Source: Octopus bimaculoides (Eukaryota). Taken from it: a stretch of 64,000 nt of DNA. The notes beneath the pieces are model-generated. The model was not told the DNA's origin and did no database searches. It saw only the letters and a list, made by a program, of their open reading frames with translations. The position numbers and the translations under genes are program-made. The DNA lies in assembly GCF_001194135.2 (NCBI RefSeq), contig NC_068984.1, positions 36,968,897 through 37,032,896 on the forward strand. Direction: 5' to 3'. Of the stretch, positions 12,444 through 24,035 are shown in pieces; positions within the stretch are counted from its first letter, which is position 1; the number at the start of each line of letters is the position of its first letter.

Positions 12444-13629
12444 TGAAATAGCTCCATGAGGTTAGAGGAGCTTTATGAATATTTTCTAGTTATTGAATCT
12501 CTTCAATTTCAACAATTCACATATAAAATCCCATTATTGTTTTCAATAAACGTTTGTTTTATTTTTGTTTGTCAATAAGCCAAGATTCTATATTTGGTAA
12601 CTTGCTCACTCATACACCTCTCCCACATAATCTATATCTTTCAAGTATCAAATCACAGAATTGTGTCCACGAATATTCATACACTTTTCACTGTCTATCT
12701 TTACTTTGTGAACCACGTTTTGTTAAAATTACTATTAAAATGCGAATTCCGATAACAGCTCGAACAATAAATGGCAAATGGCAAGCTCTTAGGTTACATG
12801 ACTAAAGCGTAACGGCGATGGAGCCATTGGTGAGGGATGTGGTCACAGATTTGATGGGATATCGATCGGAAACGTTCGCTACTAATATTCTTGACATAAC
12901 CGTCATGTATGTTAATAAGGAAGACAATGCTTAAAGGAATTATTACAAGTTGGTTATTCTCTTAAATTCTTATCAAAGAAGACGTTCAAGATTCAACAGC
13001 TTTGTTTAGGGCGGTAACATAGACATAAAATCAATCACCCGTAAAAGGAGAGAGGAATAGTGGATGCAAATTTCAAATAGATGCAAGAATGCATTGATTA
13101 TTAATCATGAAAATCATCCAATAGAGAAATATCGAAATGAAATGATAGTCAGTGAATCTGAAAATGTTTATTAATTTCCCTTGGATAAATGAAAAGAAAG
13201 ATCATGAAAGTTTGATAAAATCATCATTTTGGTTATAATATCAATCTTATAAGCATATTCTATTCCCTATAAACGGCTCCTCGGCTATAAAGATACATGA
13301 AGAGTGTTAGCAGATAAATCAGTAAGATTATGAAGCCAGACATTTTATAACTATGCATTGCCTTAAGGTGTAGTGAATAAGAAGTGACGGCACAAATCTC
13401 TCCTTGTAGGTACACGTAGCAAAAATTAAATGTAATGATAATAATAATATGCCATTAAATTTGTTAAGATAATAATAATCATGTAAAAGCTTTCAAATAA
13501 AATTCTACAATGCAATTAATGTTATCAGTACTAATAATCTCAATAATATTGCAAAAACAACTACTAATGATATCACTTTTAAGAATAATAACGGTTTCTG
13601 ATTTAGATACAAGAACATTAACTTTTAAG

Positions 13630-13790
13630 AGAGCAGAGATGGTACAATCGACCTCAATACTTCACTGGTACTTTAACTGATGGATTTCGGTTGGACGAAC
13701 GTAAAATATGACTACGGTGGGGATTTGAAATCAGAAGAAATAGTATTTTGTTTGATGCTCTAGCAATTCGGCCGGTTCGATGCCTAACGT
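13630..13790 (-). mobile_element. Degenerate SINE (8800-type family)
   Basis: Reverse complement contains atttcaaatcccc...aaagtaccagtgaagtattgaggtcgatt. Confidence 0.6.
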
Positions 13791-15275
13791 TGTTTCTGGC
13801 ACTTAATAAATGCACCGAAGAGTTTAGTGAACTAGTTACACGAAAAATGAGTAGAAAATTATAGGCGGGTGTTTAAAAATACATTATGGTGCGCTCACTT
13901 ATTTTTAGTAATAGAACATTACTAGCATTATAAAATACTAAATTGCAGATAGAGCTAGTGGAAATATTAGAAGCTTGCAGGAAAGACAACTCAGCCGATG
14001 TGCAGTAAAGAAGAATAACCATGAATATTTTCTTCGAAATAAGGACGAATATTGTGTTGTTCAATCTAAGTTGCGTGTTCTAATTCTCAAGCACAGAGAA
14101 GATCACTTCTGTGGCGCAGGCTGGTCTTTGATAAGAAAACCACCATACAGCTTTGATTAATGGTGAAAACCGCATATTAAATTCATAATAGATTTTAAGC
14201 ACTTGTATGCATTCTTACACAGACTCTTTTCCGAAGTATCTGACAAGTGATGAAAGGTGTACTTAAATTCTCTTTAGAAGCAAGGCTTTTTTTGATACCT
14301 AAAAAATCAACCAAGTAATTTGTCAAATCCTTCTGTAAATGTGAAATCTTTGTCTGACGTTGTATCTGCCATATTATTATAACTGTTCTGTTATAAATGA
14401 TTTACATAGTATATATCTGTGTTAGTTTACAGTTGTAGAAAATATTTGAATAATAATATTTTCTAGTCTATTTCCGTCGTTTTTTTTCCTTTTTTTTCAA
14501 ACGGAGATGCAGCACGACATTTTGTCAGTGAATAAGTCGCGTTTCAAAGCGACGAAAATATTTTGACACAACTTAAATTTAAACGTTGAAGTGAATCTAA
14601 TGGTTTTTGTGAGTGTTTTTTAAATGGCTTATAAACACTTTCCACGCTGAAATTGTTATTTTTCGTTTGTGACCTTTCGCCATCTTTCTACTTCTATTTA
14701 TTCTGTTAAACTTCCTTAACATAATGTATAATCTTTTTTTTTTTATTTTTTTTTTTTTTTTTTTTTTTTAGGCGGGGTGGTATTTTCTGCTTTGCTTTAT
14801 ATGTTAACAGTTGGAAATATTTCTTCAGTTTTGCTTAGTTGGGGAATTGTGTACATATTATTAATGGTATATTCCTTATATTGTCAGTATACCAAATGGT
14901 TTTCAAATTATTGTTTAATACATACAAGATTTACCTCTGGAAATCGATTGCTGATTCTCTTAGGAAGGGTTAGATTTCTTTATATTAGTGGAAAAGAAAA
15001 GATGAGAGAGAAACAGAGGGAGCAATAAGCAATATTTACTGGTAGAAATTCCACTCCCGGTTCTGAATGGCAACTTATACTGTGTTATGTTCTGGTATAG
15101 AATTAAATTGTATGCATTTTTCATGTTATTCATTTTTATCCACTACTGTCGTTTTCACTATTCTGCTACTTACTTCAAGGAGCATGACTATCTAAATGTT
15201 CACTGGCGCGAGTTTCTCACTTAGCAGATCAATGTAATTTTAAAATAACAAAATATTCATTGATTCTGTGCACGT

Positions 15276-15332
<57 letters not shown>

Positions 15333-15358
15333 AGAGAGAGAGAAGGAGAGACAGAGAG

Positions 15359-15416
15359 ATTTATAGTTGTTCGGTCAAGTCTATCATCGCAGGGGGTGTC
15401 CTGACTCTCCACAACA
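15359..15416 (-). mobile_element. Remnant (first 58 nt) of the Gypsy 3' LTR, cut off at an (AG)n array
   Basis: Hand alignment to 20835-20894 gives 47/58 identities plus a 2-nt indel. Starts TGTTG, preceded by purine-rich aaaagagtaga (PPT-like). Confidence 0.75.
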
Positions 15417-17780
15417 TCTACTCTTTTGAGATTTCGACTTCCGTCGGAAACGAGTTTTTTTTTGTTTTTTTTTACTTTATTCTAATACCTCTACCGTTCT
15501 TGTATACTTTGAAAAGGACATTGTCTCTAACATCAAAATATTTCGTTGAATTTTTTGTATTTTCTCTATATGTTTTTACCTTTGGCAACAATTTGTCCAA
15601 GATCGATTTAATATTTCGAGCGAACATTAGCTCTGCAGGTGTTATTCGCATTGGGAGTTATTCTGCACACCCTTAAGAATTTGGTTGGCGCTTCATTTCC
15701 TAACTCGTTCTTTGTTTTTTTTTAGGCTCGGTTGAAAGTATCTACGAATCGTTCTGCTTGCCCATTTGACCTCGGATGATATAGCGGAGTAAACATGTGC
15801 TTGATTGCATGCATTTTGCAGAATTTCTTGAACTCGTATCCTGTAAATTGTGTTCAGTTGTCCGATATTATGGTGTCCGAAACACCGTATCGAGCAACAA
15901 ATTCGTGCAGGAACTTTATTGTTGCCTGCGAGGTAGGTTGACTGTACCTACATACTTCCGGCCACTTGGTAAAGATATCAAAAATGATCAAGTAGTACGC
16001 GCCATTCACTGATCCAGCGTAATCTATATGTACCTTGGACCACGGACTATCCGTCTCAAGCCACGATCGGTATTTCTTGGCTGCTAGCGTACCATCTCTA
16101 CATGATTTTACTAAATTTTGAATGTCTTGGGCCATTATCGGACAAAACACGTAACTCCTCATCAATTCTTTCATTCTTGACATTGTCGAGTGTCCACAAT
16201 GGAATTTACGTAATATTCGTTCCTATAGTGCAGTTGGTTCTACCACTGTGTGCGCGTACATTAGTACATCGTCTCAAAATGAAAAATGGTTCGCATTTGT
16301 TTTTCCCTTTTGTTTATTTTTCAAAGTTTCCTTCAGTTTTATGATGCATTTGTCCTCCGCTGATTTACTTTTTGTATCTTGCACGGTCACTGGAAAATCC
16401 TGAATGACATTAAACAAAACGTTATTAATTTCTTTTTCTGATTGTAATGCGGCTATCACCGCATCTTCCAGCGGTTCTGTATTCTTCGGAATTAGCCTAG
16501 ATAAACAATCCACATGGCCAATGTACTACATCTTAAAGTTGTAATTTAGCAATATTCTACTCTAGCGGTGGAATCCGTTTTGCTAGGAATTCCTGTATTG
16601 GTAGGAATTCCTTTCTTCGATCTGAAAATTGATACTAACGATCAGTGGTCTGTCAGAAGATGAAAACGTCTACCGTAAAGAAATCTGTGAAATTTCTTCA
16701 CTAGAGCTTCTTTCCCTATCTGACTGTAGTTTTTCTATTACAATCAGAGCACGTATGGCATGAACATCTACCTTCATTTTACCGTTTTTATCTTTGTGAA
16801 GCAAACCAGCTCCTACCCCGTATTCAGAAGCGCCAGAATCTATGGCAATCTACGCTGCAGGATCGAAATGAACCAGCGAGAAATCTGAAGATAATATTTC
16901 TTAATATCCTGAAACGCCTTTTGACAGTTATTTGATCAATTCCATTTGGCGTCTTTATTTAGTAAATTATTAAGTAGAGCTCTCAATTCATACATGTTTG
17001 GTATGTAATTTTGATCATAGTTCGCAAGGCCAGGAAATGCTTCTAATGTCACTATGTTAGTTGGAAAGCATATTTTTTTTTTGTATTTGCGCTCGATGGG
17101 TCAGGTCGTCTTCCATTTTCATCTATAATCTGTCGTAAATATTTGATTTTAGGCAAAAAAGTCACATTTCTCCTCAATGAATGTAAAACTGTAATCTCTT
17201 ATTTTTTTGAAACAAACATTTCACATGTTCAGTATGCTGATCACGAGGGTCACATTTAATTATTACATCATCGCGGTATGGAATTGCAAATTGACATTCC
17301 GCCAATATCGCATCCATAAACTGTTGAAATATTGCAGGTGTGACCTTCAGAACAAATGGCAATCTAAAATATTTGTATAGTCCTCTTTGCGTATTCACTG
17401 TTCGAGCATTCCTCGTCTATTTTAATTTGTAGATACTCATTAGAGAGTTTCGAAAATATTATGCCACCATTTAATTTTACAAAGATATCTTCTGCAGAAT
17501 GCATTGGATAGTGGCATATTTTTAGACAGTCATTCAAACCAGTAGATAAATCGTCACACACAGGTTTCTATTTAACACATACCGTTGGTGCTGCCCAATT
17601 AGAATAATCTCACTTTTGATCAATTCCTAATTTCTCCAGTTTGTCTAATATTTCCTTTTCCTACTTATCGCAGCAAATTATTTGATTTCAATACAGGTAC
17701 AAAGATTTTCTTTATTTCAAAAAGTGGTCGGTCTCAGAACAGAGACCTCATTTAACCGACAGCTCGTCAGGAAACAAGTT
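15417..17780 (-). mobile_element. Gypsy/Ty3 pol pseudogene (RT - RNase H - integrase order)
   Basis: RT: NTQRGLYKYFRLPFVLKVTPAIFQQFMDAIL...AIPYRDDVII. Integrase: ETDSPWSKVHIDYAGSVNGAYYLIIFDIFTKWPEV...VSDTIISDN. Many stops and frameshifts. Confidence 0.93.
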
Positions 17781-17878
17781 TTTTAATGCAGTTTTATGTT
17801 TAAGAGAGATGAGGAATTATATACATTATTTACATGACTTACAATTGACGGATATTTGTCCTCATCTTGTTTGTTGTT

Positions 17879-17924
17879 AACACAACGTTTCCGCTGATAT
17901 AACCTCCAGCCTTCATCAGGTATC
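17879..17924 (-). ncRNA. Minimal type-I hammerhead ribozyme-like motif (core intact, base of stem II mismatched)
   Basis: GAUAC-CUGAUGA-A-GGCUG-gagguuauau-CAGCG-GAAAC-GUU-GUGUU: stem I pairs (with wobbles), stem II GCUG/CAGC, palindromic ACGU stem III. Confidence 0.55.
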
Positions 17925-17971
17925 TTGGGGAAATTTCGAACCTGGGTTCTCATTCCTAAGGTATTTTTCGA

Positions 17972-18008
<37 letters not shown>

Positions 18009-18042
18009 ATTATTATTGTTATTATTATTATTATTATTATTG

Positions 18043-18320
18043 TTCAGTAGTTTTATTTTTATAACGTGCTNNNNNNNNNNCTGTGGTGCTCTTATGTTTA
18101 CTGTATTGAAAGTGTTTTGCGTAGAATGTGTGCAGTACCCAGTAGTGCAATTTTCTGTATGTTATATATATTTGTAAGTCCTGGTGTTTTTGTTATGTAT
18201 TTGTCTGAATATTTTTTTTATTATACCTAAGGCACCTACTATGATAGGAATTGTTTCTGTTTATAGATTCCACATTCGAGTTATCTCTATTTCCAGGTCT
18301 TTGTATTTTGAAAGTTTTTC

Positions 18321-18321
<1 letters not shown>
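18043..18321 (-). mobile_element. Short 5'-truncated R4/Dong 3' end inserted within (AAT)n
   Basis: Minus frame reads KLSKYKDLEIEITRMWNL*TETIPIIVGALGII...QKIALLGTAHILRKTLSIQ*, the typical R4 RLE C-terminus; (ATT)n on both sides. Confidence 0.85.
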
Positions 18322-18391
<70 letters not shown>

Positions 18392-18405
18392 TCACTTAAC
18401 CACTA

Positions 18406-18488
18406 TGCCGTAGTGGTTAAGAGCGCGGGCTACTGACCCCAAGATTCTGAGTTAGATTCCAGGCAGTGACCTGAATAATAATAATAAC

Positions 18489-18542
<54 letters not shown>

Positions 18543-18712
18543 CATAATAATAATAACAACAACAACAACATCGAAAAATACCTAAGGAATGAGAACCCAA
18601 GTTCGAAACTTCTCCAAGACACATGATGAAGGCTGGAGGGTATATTAGCCGAAACGTTGTGTTAAAAACAAACAAGATGAGGATAAATATACGTCAATTG
18701 TAAGTCATGTAA
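18406..18712 (+). mobile_element. tRNA-headed SINE-like element: A/B-box head, (AAT)n linker, hammerhead-like 3' module
   Basis: tgccgtagtggttaagagcgcgggctactgaccccaagattctgagttagattccagg (A box TAGTGG, B-box-like GTTAGATTCC), (aat)n, then acatcgaaaaatacctaagg...gacacatgatgaaggctggagggtatattagccgaaacgttgtgtt. Confidence 0.8.
18618..18663 (+). ncRNA. Minimal hammerhead-like motif (C3>A lesion in the core; stems intact)
   Basis: GACAC-AUGAUGA-A-GGCUG-gaggguauau-UAGCC-GAAAC-GUU-GUGUU. Confidence 0.45.
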
Positions 18713-18769
18713 GTTTTTTAATGTTTTCACCGATTCAGCTGCTGAGTTATTTTTACTAGTGGAACAGCT

Positions 18770-19188
18770 CTTTTACTTCTTTATTTGTTTCAATCGTTTG
18801 ACAGCAGCCATGCTGGAGCACCACCTTTTAGTCGAAGAAATCGACTGCATGACTTATTCTTTGCAAGCTTGGTACTTATTCTATCTGTCTCTTTCGCCGA
18901 ACCACTATGTTACGGGGACATAAACACACCGACATCGGTTGTAAAGCGACGGTGGGAGCGACAAACACAGACACAAAGACACACTCATAAATATATGTAT
19001 GTATATATGTAGATATATATGTGTGTGTATATGACTGGCTTCTTTCAGTTTCCGTCTACTAAATCCACTCACAAGGGTTTGGTCGGTCCGTGCCTATAGT
19101 AGAAGTCAGTTGCCCAAGGTGACGTGCAGTGGAACTGAACCTGGAACCATGTGGTTTGTAAGCAAGCTACTTACGACACAGCCACTGC
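18770..19188 (-). mobile_element. Full-length CORE-type tRNA SINE with internal (AT/AC)n
   Basis: Minus head gtggctgtgtcgtaagtagcttgc...ggttccaggttcagttcc...caccttgggcaac (MIR-core-like CCTTGGGCAA); matches 26636-27018. Confidence 0.9.
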
Positions 19189-19189
19189 G

Positions 19190-20570
19190 GCGCTGATTTA
19201 TTTTTTTACAGAACGAACTTAGGAGGAGGTCTCATATGTCAAACAACACCAGTCCGTACCGAACAGATTGGTTGCGGTTTTTATCACGAAAACTTTTGCG
19301 CCAAAGGTTTTCCCCGAAATGTGATATCACTCCACATTTCACCTACAAAGTTTAGTTTTTCATCTGTGACCCCTCGCAACGTTTAATGTTTTTCTTAACG
19401 TACTTTCCCAATTCTTATCCACGTGTCGGTATTTATACTCCAGATGTCGCTACTAGTATGCAGTTGTAATTTAATATTCACTTCGTTTACATTTACATAT
19501 ACAAATTTCTTCTTTTTAATGTCGCTTCTACTTGCCGTTGAGAAAACATTAGAATTTTTTATGTTCAACCTTCCTAACTTTGCCCAACAATGTGAGCTCT
19601 TGTGTCCTACTTTTTGGCAACTGTAACATTTTTGCATTTTGGAAGGCCAGTTCAGGACTCCACATCCGTAGCATGGGTTTGCTTTGGCATTTTTTTTTTT
19701 GTGTTGTTCACACCTTCCTGGTTGACACGCTTGTACTTCTAAGAACTCCTCTTCAATTTTCTTTAGGTCGTGACGTAAATTTTCCATTCTTTGACACTCG
19801 TCTGCAACTGTCTGCAGGGTTAAACTTTGGTTCGCTTGTTCGAGTTTTTTGAGAATGTTTTCACGTATCCCCGTAACTGTGTTTGCCGTAAGCCCTTGTA
19901 CAAAAATAATGAGGCACTTAAGTAAATCAGGACCTAGCTCCTTCAGTTTAAGCGTTTCGCACATTTGGTTTATGGTCCCGGCATACGTGACATAGTTTTT
20001 TATCCTTTCTTTTAACTAGATTCCAAAACTCCCATCGAGTGTTAAATAGGGAACTCTTATTACTGACAGCAGTTCGACTCTTTCCTGGAAACAAATTTCA
20101 CCCTCTTTGTGAGGTAGTATAAAATTGCAAAATTGTTCATGTTCTGACAGAGATAATTTACGTTATAATAGTCTTACCTTTTCCTCGTCCGTCCACAACT
20201 TACTATCTTCCTTGAAGTTTTCTTCGTACCTTCTGAAGTACACCACAAACATTATAGTATTCGCTACACCGTCTGGCGAAAACAAACTTGCTGTGTTTCC
20301 AGACTTCTTTATTAATTTCAGCAAGTGTTGTACGACTCTGGGGTACTATTGTTCGACTCTTGGATACTGTTGTTCGACTCTTACTGTTGTTGCTGCTGTA
20401 TTCCTGTTGCTGCTTTTGTAGTTGTTGTTGCAACTCCTGGTGCTGCTGTTGTGGTTGCTGTTGCGGTTGCTGTTGCTTTAGAAACTGTAGTATTGAAGCT
20501 AGTAGGGCTTCCATAATTAACAACTTTGTATCACAAAAATTTATTAACTGACCTGCGTGAGCTTCGAATC
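19190..20570 (-). mobile_element. Gypsy gag (poly-Q N-terminus, zinc knuckles) and protease pseudogene
   Basis: MEALLASILQFLKQQQ...; LKLKELGPDLLKCLIIFVQGL; CYGCG...CYSCQKVGHKSSHC (CCHC); IKLQLHTSSDIWSI (decayed LDTGSD). Confidence 0.9.
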
Positions 20571-20580
20571 TTCGTCGCCA
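20570..20580 (-). promoter_or_regulatory. Gypsy primer-binding site
   Basis: TGGCGACGAAG lies 4 nt after the LTR 3' end ...GTTACA. Confidence 0.8.
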
Positions 20581-20584
20581 ATAT

Positions 20585-20893
20585 TGTAACGTAGTTACTC
20601 GTCATCAATTATTGTTGTATCGCCGCTATTTATGAAGATTCATTATACACTGTAACTTTATAGTAACAATAATACATATAATTAAGCAGGGTAAAAACAA
20701 TGTAACAATCCAACAAACACTCCACGAAGTATACACGAACCAACAAACGATATTCCGACAAACTACCAAAATGACACCTTACGACTTCTTGCGATTAAAG
20801 TTTACTCTCTCTGTTTCTCACTCAGACCGCTACTATTTATAATCGTTTGGTCAAGTTTATTCTCGCAGGGAATGTTGTGACTCTCACCGCAAC

Positions 20894-20894
<1 letters not shown>
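20585..20894 (-). mobile_element. Gypsy 5' LTR (310 bp, TGT...ACA)
   Basis: Termini TGTTGCG / CGTTACA, adjacent PBS, TATAAAT about 55 nt in, homology to 15359-15416. Confidence 0.8.
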
Positions 20895-20947
<53 letters not shown>

Positions 20948-21030
20948 GCAGATAGATAGATAGATAGATAGACACACGCACATACATACATACATACATA
21001 CATACATACATACATACATACATACATACA
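20895..21030. repeat. (GATA)n(CATA)n tetranucleotide arrays abutting the LTR
   Basis: Direct reading. Confidence 0.95.
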
Positions 21031-22169
21031 TAACATAACATTGAAAATTACAAATTAAAAAGATCCCAAATCGCCTTCGGAAGTTGTCAGTATCTATAGC
21101 CTAGGTTAACTCATACGTTGTAAGCTAAATTAGGTAGACAGAAACAATAAGGAAATCTATTGGTTAAATTGTATCATCAATTCAGCAGAAATAGCTAACT
21201 CATATATTGTACCGCGTTGATTCAACGAGGGAACGCGTAACCGTAGATTGCGCTGCCAATTTTACGTTGCTTCAGAAACAGGTAAATTCATTTGTCGAGC
21301 ATCTGAATACTCATCGTGTAACGATGTAGATCCACTACTCTGTGTGTGTATGTATGTGTGTATGTGTGCGTCCGTGTGTCTTTCTGTCTGTGCTCGCGCA
21401 TATATCAGTGTACATTAATACGTATGTTTTTGGACGTGTGTGCATGTTATAAATGATTTGGTAATGTTATATTTTTATCCATAAACAACGTAAAGCATTT
21501 TATTTGCCTAGTTTTATATCTCACTTTTTGTTCTGCAGGTTGAGTAATATCTGGAATCCTGCATTTTATTAGCATCTTATTCTCGTTATACTATTCTGAG
21601 ATAATGTAATGTGTTTCTTAACACAATAGTTTCAAACAGTCGCTGTTAAATAAAACTTTCCATTCAGACCTGTTCCTCACATCCCGCTTTATCCATGCAC
21701 TCGAGCTTTTCTATTCACCTGCCATTATTGTTTTTAATTCGTGATACAATGCGATTCTCTACATTGTCTATCAGACGTCAAGATACAGCACACAATTCAA
21801 ACATTAAAAATGCATAGGATAATGTAATCTGCATTGGTTTGCTCGATCGGTGGTGACTTGAAATTAATAAAATAACATAACGCTTTATATTCTTTAAATT
21901 TTTATGACTTATTTTCACAGGTCTGATCAGATGAAAGGAAGTGTTGCGAAGGACAATAAAGTTAGTTTAGACATGAGAGGCATTGCGCCAACGGTAAACC
22001 ACAAAGGTGAACTTTCTACACTATGAGATTATATACCAGACTACGTTTACAAACAAAACTCGATCAATAAGGTTTTTGATCGACATCTATTTCAACTAGA
22101 AGCTGACTTGAAGTGTCCCCAATTTTGTGAGTTGGGAAATAAAATTACTCCTGGGAAAGAAACAAATAT

Positions 22170-23600
22170 CACAATATTCATAATGGCAAAAACAACTTGT
22201 GTGTCCAATTTAAGGATATTATACTAAACTAGAAGCATGATTTAGTTTCTCTGAGGGTCATGATAACAGAGCTAAGAACAACTACGAATAGCAGCGGCGA
22301 GAGTGTATCACCTTGGAACATTACCCTGCTTATCCAGAGCTCACTTAACATATCTTGACCTGATGTCAGTGTAGTGTTTTGTTTTGACATATTGGTTTGT
22401 AAAAATCGAACAACATTCTCTATCTCAAATATATTGAAACATTCTTGGATCCACGAGTGAGTGACGCTATCATATACAACCTTTCTGTTCTTCTGCCAGT
22501 AGACTTCCTACCTCAAGTTACTTATACAATGACATCTGTCGACAACCTCCACATGAGTGGAAGACAATTTATTAGTCGGTGGTTATATTATATTTCCTTT
22601 GTTTTGATCAACACTCTTACTTTATTTCATCCACTTGGGAATATCATATGTCTCTATACAACTATTTAGTTGTGTACTCATTTATTAGTGATGCACGCTA
22701 AAACGTTTTAACCAGAATCTCTGGACCATATCAGGTCCAGGAGAATTCCAGTTTCACATCACTTTCAAAACATTTTAAAACTTTTCTTCTGTAGTCTCCA
22801 CGAGTTTGGTTTTCGCATATCTGCGTTTTTACCTTTTCCTTTTTTATTCATTCTGCATCGCCATTGTTTTTCACTTCGTTCAGCCAAATGTCTCTCCAGA
22901 ATTCTTTTGTCTTTTCTTTGTTAAATAGTTTGTTCTCAGCAACATCTCACTTTAGTTCCATCAAAAATCTATTGTGATTTGTTTTGATCAATGTATTTAG
23001 TCCAAATTGCTCAATGATATTGTTGCATCTCTTGATTTTAGCAACTATCAGCTTTACCCCTTGTTTTGTTTCTTTCATCAATGTCCTATATTGTTTTTCT
23101 TTCAGCCAGTACTTCTTTGGAACCTCTTCATGCAGTATAGTTTTATCTTATTTCTTTTGCTATGAAATTTTCCCCTCGGAAAATCTTGTCGCAACCCGTC
23201 TTCCTGTTTCTCAAATTTCCTTTTCCATCAGGGTTCTCTTGAAGTATTCTGGAGTTGTGATATCTTCACTCCATATCTTTCCGTTACTACTACCGCTACA
23301 GCAAACATTAAGTTGTTGGTCATATTGATATCATAACTCCTGATGCCAAGACTTGGTTAACTATCTGTGTCTCTCTCATTATTGTATTCTTCATCTTTTT
23401 ATTGCTGGTAGTCGTTTTCTTTCATCTGACTGGATAATAACACGTACTGTGCAAGCAATGACCATCTCTTCATCAGCAAAGATACGTTCTGGTTATTCTC
23501 GTGGATAGTTAGCGTTCTCTTGATTTGAGGTATCTGAACATTCAAGCCTCTGCTTTCAGTAATACTGACATCTTCTCTGTGTTCTACATTACTATAACAT
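22170..23600 (-). mobile_element. R4/Dong fragment (N-terminal region + first half of RT)
   Basis: Decayed WKxPGPDxVQxFWLK near 22720; ISRVMFQGDTLSPLLFVVVL (GIFQGDSLSPLLF) near 22300. Confidence 0.8.
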
Positions 23601-23914
23601 ATTTGGTAGATCAAACATCAAACATTTCCTTTTTCAAGTCATACCGTTTTCATTATCTCAATTTAGCTAAACCTACTAGGTTCATTTCAAATGTAACATT
23701 ACATCACAACTGCATTCTGTCTGCTCCAATCGATCTTTCCTCCTATATGTCGTACCAGAATAATTATATATCAACCGGGCCTACCCTTCTACCAGCAGAT
23801 CGAATGGCCCTCACCGTTATCAATTCCGACCTCATTCTTCAATACATTTGTATTTGACATTTTCCCCCATAGTAAGCGTTCTATTGATCAGGTGACACGT
23901 CGACCGGTGTTTTA

Positions 23915-24035
23915 TCACGTTCAAATTCTACCTTTCGAGGATCGATAAAGTAAGTACCAATTGAGCACTGGAGTCGATGCAATCGACTTGCACTCTCCTC
24001 CAAAATTTCAGATTTTGTGCGTATAGTACAAAGAA
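23915..24035 (+). mobile_element. SINE fragment (8800-type family)
   Basis: cctttcgagggatcgataaagtaagtaccaattgagcactggagtcgatgcaatcgac. Confidence 0.8.

Larger units (their letters stand above)
17785..18405 (-). mobile_element. tRNA-headed SINE-like element with hammerhead-like 3' module; minus copy, head mostly deleted, interrupted by an R4 fragment
   Basis: 17830-17975 is the reverse complement of about 18545-18712; ttcaggtcac (18386-18395) and taaccacta (18397-18405) mirror the plus-strand head. Confidence 0.75.

Noticed and set aside
13873-14064. Minus ORF MNNTIFVLISKKIFMVILLYCTSAELSFLQ with a signal-peptide look
   Set aside because: Hydrophobic I/L/F runs are expected from AT-rich DNA; no compatible downstream exon was found.
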